A DNA stretch of 45,475 bases from an uncultured Candidatus Saccharibacteria bacterium (GTDB taxonomy: Bacteria; Patescibacteriota; Minisyncoccia; Phycocordibacterales; UBA918): contig CAZMYZ010000007.1 in assembly GCA_964570795.1 (NCBI GenBank), positions 1 to 45,475 of the forward strand, in the 5' to 3' direction. Positions 39,938 to 45,475 of the stretch are shown piece by piece. Numbering within the stretch: the first letter of the stretch is position 1; every line of letters starts with the position of its first letter. Both the position numbers and the translations under genes were made by a program. The notes under the pieces were generated by a model. It was not told the origin of the DNA and did no database searches. It was given only the letters and a program-made list of their open reading frames with translations.

Positions 39938-41230
39938 ATGAAAGAAATTTTTAAAAAAATCGTTGTCGCGATCCTTACCTTTGAAGCAAAGATGCTTTTG
40001 CGTCGCACCCATCCACAGATTATTGCGGTGACGGGAAGTGTGGGGAAGACTTCCATCAAGGATGTAATCTATGAAGTCTTTAAGGGAAAGATTCATGTAC
40101 GCAAAAGTGAAAAGAGTTTCAATTCTGAAATTGGCGTGCCACTCTCAGTACTCGGTCTCCCGAATGCATGGAATAATCCATTTATGTGGCTCAAGAATAT
40201 TATTGATGGTGCACTCATTGCAATACATCCCGGAGAGTATCCAAAGTTACTTATCCTCGAGATGGGTGTCGACAGACCAGGCGATATGGATAAACTCACT
40301 TCATGGATCCGCCCCGATGTTGTGGTACTTACGCGCTTGCCTGATGTACCGGTGCATGTGGAGTTTTTTGTGTCACCCGAGGCAGTTATTCAGGAAAAAA
40401 AGAAACTCGTCGATGCGCTAAAGCCGGATGGAGTGCTTGTCTTTAATCAGGATGATGAAAAGGTGGTGGAGATTGTGCAGGGCGTGTTTCAGCGCTCCAT
40501 AGGATATAGTCGCTACTCACTTTCACCATTTACTGCTTCTGGTGACCGTGTGATATATGAAAACGGTCAGGCAGTTGGTTTTGAATTTTTGCTCACTCAC
40601 TTGGATACTGCGGTACTCATGCGGGTGAACGGCTCACTTGGGGTGCAACATGCGTACAATTATGCAGCAGCTGCTGCCGTAGCATCAGTATTTAGTATTA
40701 GTGTTGAGGACGCTGCTGCTGCACTGAGTACCCATACTCCACCCCCAGGACGTATGCGTCTTATTCCGGGAATCAAGGATACGCTTATTATTGATGATAC
40801 ATACAATTCTTCACCAACCGCGAGTGAACGTTCCCTCGCAACTCTCGGTGAACTGAAAGGGGTGAAGCGTCGTATTGCGGTTTTAGGCGACATGATGGAG
40901 TTAGGGCAGTTTTCTATTAAAGAACATGAACGTATTGGACGTCTTGTACCACACAATGCACACATTCTTGTCACTATCGGTGTGCGCTCTCGTGGTTTTT
41001 CAAAGGGAGCTGTGGAAGCAGGTATGGACCCTAAAAATATTTTTGAATTTGATGATGCACTCCGTGCAGGAAAGGAATTGCAAAACTTTATCAAAGCAGG
41101 GGATGCAATTCTCGTGAAAGGCTCACAGTCTATTCGCGCTGAGCGCTTTGTGGAGGAACTCATGGCAGAGCCAGAAAAAGCAGAAGAGATGCTTGTACGG
41201 CAGGACACAATGTGGAAGAAAATTGTTTAG
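39938..41230 (+). CDS. murF: MurF-like Mur ligase (UDP-MurNAc-tripeptide--D-Ala-D-Ala ligase family) with a very short N-terminus
   Basis: IAVTGSVGKTSIKD P-loop about 30 aa from the start, the IIDDTYNSSP motif, and a C-terminal domain with VLGDMMELG. An in-frame TAA at 39908-39910 rules out a longer N-terminus. Confidence 0.75.
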   Translation: MKEIFKKIVVAILTFEAKMLLRRTHPQIIAVTGSVGKTSIKDVIYEVFKGKIHVRKSEKSFNSEIGVPLSVLGLPNAWNNPFMWLKNIIDGALIAIHPGEYPKLLILEMGVDRPGDMDKLTSWIRPDVVVLTRLPDVPVHVEFFVSPEAVIQEKKKLVDALKPDGVLVFNQDDEKVVEIVQGVFQRSIGYSRYSLSPFTASGDRVIYENGQAVGFEFLLTHLDTAVLMRVNGSLGVQHAYNYAAAAAVASVFSISVEDAAAALSTHTPPPGRMRLIPGIKDTLIIDDTYNSSPTASERSLATLGELKGVKRRIAVLGDMMELGQFSIKEHERIGRLVPHNAHILVTIGVRSRGFSKGAVEAGMDPKNIFEFDDALRAGKELQNFIKAGDAILVKGSQSIRAERFVEELMAEPEKAEEMLVRQDTMWKKIV

Positions 41231-41543
41231 AGCCTATCCACTAACCCCATCTACTTTGTGGCCGGAACGTACAGAGCGTAGCGACAATACGTTCCGAGTC
41301 TGTCGTATTTTCTTCCCCACGGAAGAAAATACGACGAATGAGTCGTTCGAACATTCACCGTACGTTGAGTTCCTGACAGGAACTGTCCACTCATTGGGTC
41401 TTCTTGCGACAGTCTCCCAGACTGTCTCACCTTTCATTCACAAAAGTCCTCAATGAGTCTTGCGAATGTGCTTTATGCACATTCTCACGACTTATGTCCT
41501 CACTCCTCGACGCCTCGTATCTGAGGTCATTGGATAGGCTCTA
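41228..41543. repeat. 316-nt hairpin-packed element with 13-nt perfect terminal inverted repeats (a MITE-like element or a structured RNA)
   Basis: TAGAGCCTATCCA at 41228-41240 is the exact reverse complement of TGGATAGGCTCTA at 41531-41543. The interior contains at least five perfect stem-loops, including a 15-bp one at 41302-41335. There is no credible ORF. Confidence 0.8.
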
Positions 41544-41585
41544 ATGGTCGTTTTGCAATTGCTGACATCGTAAGTCGGCAATTCT

Positions 41586-41619
41586 AAAAATGGTTGACGT
41601 CCGACGTCGACCATTTTTT
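41586..41619. terminator. Bidirectional terminator between the dcw block (+) and the CAP-domain gene (-)
   Basis: AAAAATGGTTGACGT CCG ACGTCGACCATTTTT stem with one mismatch. Confidence 0.7.
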
Positions 41620-42430
41620 AATACGGTTTTTCGCCCTCTATGTTTCCGGGGGGATTGTATCTACATACCCAGAGGTCTGTTTGTGTATTGTCGTTCCCTC
41701 TGTCAAAACACGTATGCACACTGCAGCCCACCTCAGTAGTGTCAGCCCAGACTATCTGTGTGTAGTGGCCACAGTCTTCGCCGCGCCGGCACGTATTTTT
41801 GGTGTAGTTATAATAGCGAATCTCATCTGCCCACCACGTGACTGCTTCTTCAGGGGTGCTAATAAGATCGCTATTATTGCTATCTGAAATCCATTGCCAA
41901 TACAGATTTTCACCATAGGAAGTATCGGGGTCATGATAGAAGTCGCACTCGTCTTCGGTGAGTATTTCACCCCACTCTCGAGAACTTTTTGCAAGGGTAT
42001 TTGACCAGGTGAGTGGAGTGAGTTCATGCTCTTCACGTACTTCATTGTGCGCTCTAAGCATATCGAGCGCATCAAAGCCCATAGCGCGCGGCTGTGCTAC
42101 TACCGGTGCAGGTACCGCACGCGCTACCGTAGCTACGGCAGGCGGTGGTGTTGGTTTTACTGTTTTTTCGGGGGGTGCTTTGGAGATGGTTTCTATTTTT
42201 TCTTCAGTACTCGTAGCAATGTGTGCTACTTCCACTGGTGTATGTATGGGTACTGGTGGTGTAGTGTATGCCACTTTTGTTTCAGGAGTGCTTGTAGCCA
42301 CAGGAGCATACACAATAGGTTTAATAGTCATATTTTTGTGTGCAATAAGGAGTAGTGCACATACAAGTAAAAATACCGCGAGAAGTACAATTCCCGTCAA
42401 CGTCTCTACCGTGTGGCGTGAGTAGTACAT
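41618..42430 (-). CDS. Membrane-anchored CAP/SCP/PR-1 superfamily protein
   Basis: N-terminal anchor and a Pro/Thr linker, then LRAHNEVREEHELTPLTWSNTLA....GENLYW....GHYTQIVWADTTEVGCSV......WVCRYNPPGN, which are the CAP signature blocks. Confidence 0.8.
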   Translation of the reverse strand: MYYSRHTVETLTGIVLLAVFLLVCALLLIAHKNMTIKPIVYAPVATSTPETKVAYTTPPVPIHTPVEVAHIATSTEEKIETISKAPPEKTVKPTPPPAVATVARAVPAPVVAQPRAMGFDALDMLRAHNEVREEHELTPLTWSNTLAKSSREWGEILTEDECDFYHDPDTSYGENLYWQWISDSNNSDLISTPEEAVTWWADEIRYYNYTKNTCRRGEDCGHYTQIVWADTTEVGCSVHTCFDRGNDNTQTDLWVCRYNPPGNIEGEKPY

Positions 42431-42475
42431 ATCGCTCTCATTATACTACGATTTGAAAAGTATGGTGGGGTATAC

Positions 42476-42507
42476 AAAAATCCCCCGCGGCCGTAGGCCG
42501 CGGGGGA
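42476..42507 (-). terminator. Terminator after the 2H phosphoesterase gene
   Basis: 12-bp stem TCCCCCGCGGCC GTA GGCCGCGGGGGA, preceded on the plus strand by AAAAA (U-tract on the minus strand). Confidence 0.8.
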
Positions 42508-42519
42508 TTATGTGCAGTG

Positions 42520-43083
42520 CTACACCACGATATCTCCCACACCACTCCCCAGTACGTGATAGTCCTTCACCACCTCCCAGCGTCTATCGCCGCGCTTGAG
42601 GAGTGTGATTGTATCGAATCTGCATGTAAACGAAGGTGCATGACCATTTGAAAGTCGTTGCACTATTTCGGTGGTTTGCTCAGCGTCCTTAGGATAGGCA
42701 AGTGACGCATGGAACTTGGTATCTTCTTCGTGGGGTCTAAACTCAAGCCAAGGGAGTTCTTTTAGTTTTCCTTTGAAGTCCTCTACTGCAGTTACAATCT
42801 CCGCAGGTGCGGTTACATTCATGTATACGACGCGGTCACTAAAATGACCAAAGCCTGAGAGTGTGTACTCTACAGGGCTGTATGTGTCCACAAAACGCCC
42901 AATAAGACGCTCTATATCAAAAAGGTCGGTACTGAGTGCTTCAAAGGGGGCTTTTATCGTGAGGTGTGGGTCGATACTTGCGGTCACGGGACGGAGGTGA
43001 TAATGGTGCGCGAGAGCACGACTTAAGTCCTCGTGATACTTTCGAGCATCTCCCTTAATCATGTGTGCAATCATGTATCGCAT
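42520..43083 (-). CDS. 2H phosphoesterase superfamily protein (LigT / 2',5'-RNA ligase-like cyclic phosphodiesterase)
   Basis: Two H-x-(T/S)-x motifs at the expected spacing: DPHLTIKAPF and KFHASLAYP. Confidence 0.7.
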   Translation of the reverse strand: MRYMIAHMIKGDARKYHEDLSRALAHHYHLRPVTASIDPHLTIKAPFEALSTDLFDIERLIGRFVDTYSPVEYTLSGFGHFSDRVVYMNVTAPAEIVTAVEDFKGKLKELPWLEFRPHEEDTKFHASLAYPKDAEQTTEIVQRLSNGHAPSFTCRFDTITLLKRGDRRWEVVKDYHVLGSGVGDIVV

Positions 43084-43135
43084 AGAGTTGTACTATAGCA
43101 CTTCAGTGTAATTTTATAAAATCGTAGAACAACAT

Positions 43136-43161
43136 AAAAGACCCTCAGTATACGAGGGTCT
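43136..43161 (-). terminator. Terminator after the 43164..43598 gene
   Basis: AGACCCTC AGTATAC GAGGGTCT stem with a flanking A-run on the plus strand. Confidence 0.65.
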
Positions 43162-43163
43162 TT

Positions 43164-43598
43164 TCAAAGGAAGACGAAATTGACGTGATTGCGGCATGCG
43201 CGACGGACTTCCTGAACATAGCGCTTAATGAACTGTGTGTATGAGTACTCCATAAGGAGGACACTTTTTGGGCTCATGTCAGGGCGAGTATATGGCAGGT
43301 CGAGTGCAGCGGTGAATGCTTGCAAGTCGTTTTCAATCTGGTCAACAATAGAATCAATGTTACTACTGTCATTTTCCGAAAAGAACTGCGGGTATGTAAT
43401 GAGACTAACTTGAATCGTGGTGAGTACGCGCCAAAGATAACTCATGATTTGCTCCTGAATGGAAAAATAACTCGACTCATTTTGTACCCAAAAAAGAGGA
43501 TTGGCAATATGTAGTGTTATTTCAAAAAAAGTTGTATTATCCGAATGTGTCACTTCGACATCATAGCCAAAGAGGAGAATGAGATGGTCATTGAACAT
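43164..43598 (-). CDS. Hypothetical protein (144 aa; the start is uncertain)
   Basis: ORF track entry with a terminator downstream. No recognisable motif and no SD sequence before the first ATG. Confidence 0.45.
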   Translation of the reverse strand: MFNDHLILLFGYDVEVTHSDNTTFFEITLHIANPLFWVQNESSYFSIQEQIMSYLWRVLTTIQVSLITYPQFFSENDSSNIDSIVDQIENDLQAFTAALDLPYTRPDMSPKSVLLMEYSYTQFIKRYVQEVRRACRNHVNFVFL

Positions 43599-43769
43599 CG
43601 AACAAAAGAGGACTTACTGAAGTCATTTGAAGACGCAAAAAAGGGGATCGACCCTGCTACCGTCAATAAGGTTATGAAAGGACTTGCCTTCGACGGCGAC
43701 AACGCACCGGAAATCCGTGCATTGCGTGCGGCATGGGCTCCGCACCACGCCGCAATGCACTATCAGTGA
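43584..43769 (+). CDS. Small hypothetical protein (61 aa)
   Basis: GAGGAG lies 7 nt before the ATG at 43584 (MVIEHRTKEDLLKSFEDAKKG...). A terminator follows at 43787. Confidence 0.5.
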   Translation: MVIEHRTKEDLLKSFEDAKKGIDPATVNKVMKGLAFDGDNAPEIRALRAAWAPHHAAMHYQ

Positions 43770-43786
43770 CCCCTCTAGCCCCGCAG

Positions 43787-43817
43787 CAACCCCAAAACAT
43801 CGGGGTTGTTTTCTTTT
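43787..43817 (+). terminator. Terminator after the 61-aa gene
   Basis: CAACCCC AAAACAT C GGGGTTG stem followed by TTTTCTTTT. Confidence 0.7.
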
Positions 43818-43907
43818 AATAATACAAACATAGGGAAATAATAAAAATACAAAGATAAACCCCCTCGGCACGTGTGTGTCTGAGGGGGTTGGTGGTGCAG
43901 AGTACGC

Positions 43908-44075
43908 CTACTCCTTTGGCGGAATCGGCAGGTAGTGAATGAGGAAAATACGCGTACATTCGCCACCCACCTTGTGTGGGCAGGCTTTTTTGCACCAATC
44001 AAGATTGAGTGAGCAGTAGTCACTATTGCGTGGTACATGCACGGCCGTATGCGTTGGCTCTCTCGGTGTGTTCAT
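43908..44075 (-). CDS. Candidate 55-aa Cys-rich protein, below the ORF-track length cutoff
   Basis: Hand translation gives MNTPREPTHTAVHVPRNSDYCSLNLDWCKKACPHKVGGECTRIFLIHYLPIPPKE*. GGAG lies 6 nt before the ATG. A TTGATA-17-TATTAT promoter is upstream, and a CCCCCTC/GAGGGGG hairpin plus U-rich tract is downstream. Confidence 0.45.
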   Translation of the reverse strand: MNTPREPTHTAVHVPRNSDYCSLNLDWCKKACPHKVGGECTRIFLIHYLPIPPKE

Positions 44076-44106
44076 TTATGACTCCATTTTGTACAAATCA
44101 AACGCC

Positions 44107-44135
44107 ATAATATACCTATTGGATATAGTTATCAA
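44107..44135 (-). promoter_or_regulatory. Candidate promoter (TTGATA - 17 nt - TATTAT on the minus strand) for the 55-aa ORF
   Basis: Read directly from the reverse complement. Confidence 0.45.
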
Positions 44136-44155
44136 TTCTATGTACCTTCGTAGTC

Positions 44156-44183
44156 TTGACAGTTTTTGCTATCGTAGCATAAT
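44156..44183 (+). promoter_or_regulatory. Candidate promoter (TTGACA - 16 nt - CATAAT) for the zinc-ribbon gene
   Basis: Consensus -35 box. GGAGGG lies 6 nt before the ATG at 44213. Confidence 0.5.
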
Positions 44184-44212
44184 TGTATCCAGTTCATTCT
44201 GGAGGGAAAGCC

Positions 44213-44512
44213 ATGATTCTGCATGAATATGCATGTCCGCATTGTGGCGAGCCTGCGATAGATTCGCTCGACCACTGTCATCTGTGCAAGCAGCCCTATA
44301 CGGGAACGCTTTCTAAGATTACACGGGCTTACCACGAGACGAAGTTGATGCTTACGACTCGGTGTCGCACACCAGAAGAAGTAGAGTGGTGTCATAGTCG
44401 CCTGAGGGCGGTTTTGGAAGGCCTTGCGGTTACGGAAAAAATGGGAGTTGCTCATATTGCAGATTTCCTAGTCGTCGGAGCATTCGATGGGATTCTCTAT
44501 GAACAAGTTTAA
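44213..44512 (+). CDS. Small zinc-ribbon protein (99 aa)
   Basis: MILHEYACPHCGEPAIDSLDHCHLCKQPY has a CxxC...CxxC pattern. It has a strong SD sequence, and the ORF-track entry begins 30 nt further upstream. Confidence 0.55.
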   Translation: MILHEYACPHCGEPAIDSLDHCHLCKQPYTGTLSKITRAYHETKLMLTTRCRTPEEVEWCHSRLRAVLEGLAVTEKMGVAHIADFLVVGAFDGILYEQV

Positions 44513-44518
44513 AAACAC

Positions 44519-44539
44519 GGCGCAACATTACGTTGCGCC
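44519..44539. terminator. Bidirectional hairpin between convergent genes
   Basis: GGCGCAAC ATTAC GTTGCGCC stem with AAAAACA to the left and TTTCC to the right. Confidence 0.6.
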
Positions 44540-44575
44540 TTTCCTGTATGTATAAAGAAATTATTGAGAGACACA

Positions 44576-45352
44576 CTACACCGCACTCCGCCGTATGGTG
44601 TCGAGGAGGATGCCTGTAGCAACACTCACATTGAGTGATTCTGCGTTGCCAAAGCGGGGGATAGTTACTTGGTGGGTAGTATGCGCCAGGAGTTCTTCAT
44701 GCATGCCATGCGACTCACTTCCCATAAGGAGAAAGCCAGTCTGAGGGAGTTTTGCGCTGTGCATACTTTCACTATGCATCGTGGTGGCAACAACGGGAAT
44801 ATGAAGGCGTGACGCATCCCTGAGTACATCTGTGAGTGGGGAATAGTGCACCTCAATCCGTGTGAATGAGCCCATAGTCGCCGCAATCACTTTCGGATTA
44901 TAGAAATCAGTAGTAGTGGGTGAAGCGATAATGTGGTGTACTCCATACCAATCAGCAATTCTGATTATAGTACCGAGATTCCCGGGGTCGCGGATGTCAT
45001 CGAGTATGAGTACGATATTCTTTTGTGCGTCCTCTAAAGCAGTGTCGAGAGAGGATTCAGTTCTTTGCTTTGCTACTGCAATACCTGTGGTATTGGTAAC
45101 AAAGGTACCTGCACGGGCAAGGTCGTCTTCCTGTACCTCCTTAATCTCAATACGTGTATGCATACGCTCGTCATAGGCATTGATTGCATCGATGAGAGAA
45201 TCGAGAAAATGGGTCGTACCTACAATTCCTTCAATTTCAAAATCAGCATTGAGGAGTTCCTGAATATTTTTCTCACCCTCCACTATAAAAAGCCCCATTT
45301 CATTTCGGTACTTCTTTTCCGCCAATCGCTTGATATTTTTCACTGAGAGCAT
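44576..45352 (-). CDS. SpoU/TrmH-family RNA 2'-O-methyltransferase (RlmB-like)
   Basis: N-terminal substrate-binding domain (FIVEGEKNIQELL), then the SPOUT motifs DDIRDPGNLGTIIRIADWYG, LLMGSESHGM and IPRFGNAESLNVSVATGILL. Confidence 0.85.
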   Translation of the reverse strand: MLSVKNIKRLAEKKYRNEMGLFIVEGEKNIQELLNADFEIEGIVGTTHFLDSLIDAINAYDERMHTRIEIKEVQEDDLARAGTFVTNTTGIAVAKQRTESSLDTALEDAQKNIVLILDDIRDPGNLGTIIRIADWYGVHHIIASPTTTDFYNPKVIAATMGSFTRIEVHYSPLTDVLRDASRLHIPVVATTMHSESMHSAKLPQTGFLLMGSESHGMHEELLAHTTHQVTIPRFGNAESLNVSVATGILLDTIRRSAV

Positions 45353-45427
45353 GTGGGGGAGTATAGCATGGAATTTATGGAGAGTTAGTATATAAAAGTA
45401 ATTCGCTACATTGCCGTTTGCTTTTGG

Positions 45428-45475
45428 TCATGCCACTAAAAATAGCGCCCAATGGCGCTATTTTTAGTGGCATGA
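45428..45475. repeat. Perfect 22-bp inverted repeat ending exactly at the window edge
   Basis: TCATGCCACTAAAAATAGCGCC CAAT GGCGCTATTTTTAGTGGCATGA. Confidence 0.85.

Noticed and set aside
26147-41208. Other long antisense ORFs lie inside rseP, mreB2, proS, lysS, ftsI and murF (for example 26147..26641, 26663..27157, 29502..30029, 34106..34648 and 40660..41208).
   Set aside because: Each overlaps a gene with unambiguous family motifs on the other strand, and none has recognisable features of its own.
41228-41543. The 316-nt structured element was tested as RNase P RNA, tmRNA or 6S RNA, and the 67-aa ORF 41234..41437 as a gene.
   Set aside because: It lacks the GAGGAAAGTCCGGGC-type RNase P core and any tRNA-like end or tag reading frame for tmRNA. 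The ORF runs across consecutive perfect hairpins and has no start context.
1-45475. The window was scanned for CRISPR arrays, rRNA genes, transposases, integrases, prophage genes and recoded stop codons (a Gracilibacteria-type code).
   Set aside because: There are no series of three or more regularly spaced direct repeats and no rRNA-like conserved blocks. No DDE, tyrosine or serine recombinase motifs occur in any ORF. Housekeeping genes are uninterrupted under the standard code, and several genes terminate on TGA (for example at 25501-25503 and 43164-43166).

Overview
Gene-dense 45.5-kb bacterial window read with the standard code (several genes end on TGA). The gene content looks like a Patescibacteria/CPR (Parcubacteria-like) chromosome. 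This placement is an inference from compact housekeeping genes, degenerate replication proteins, large repeat-rich secreted proteins and many small orphan genes. Layout, left to right: (1) RND efflux pair on the minus strand, truncated at the left edge. (2) An island of three orphan genes, each with its own terminator. (3) A C39-like peptidase, an SH3-YkuD L,D-transpeptidase and tRNA-Asn(GTT). (4) A three-gene operon of secreted proteins that share an uncharacterised TGGN...TGDA...NTN repeat module. (5) A 680-nt AT-rich spacer, then DUF167 and hpf. (6) priA-like, def and fmt. (7) An XRE-HTH::MurA fusion divergent from mreB copy 1. (8) A soluble TraD/VirD4-like ATPase plus a 667-aa Pro-rich protein, then holB-like, frr and rseP. 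(9) proS-mreB2-mreC-mreD-like-mrdA, greA, lysS and an EamA transporter. (10) A short dcw cluster, mraZ-rsmH-ftsL-like-ftsI-murF-like. (11) A CAP-domain protein, a 2H phosphoesterase, several small Cys-rich orphan genes and a SpoU methyltransferase. The most unusual signal visible in the sequence is a family of hairpin-packed elements bounded by terminal inverted repeats. A 316-nt copy follows murF, a 126-nt inverted partial copy lies between mraZ and rsmH, and an 18-nt solo end follows rseP; each starts at or just after a stop codon. The two longer copies bracket rsmH-murF in inverted orientation. No CRISPR array, rRNA, transposase, integrase or reverse transcriptase was seen. All product calls come from motif recognition by eye, with no database search.
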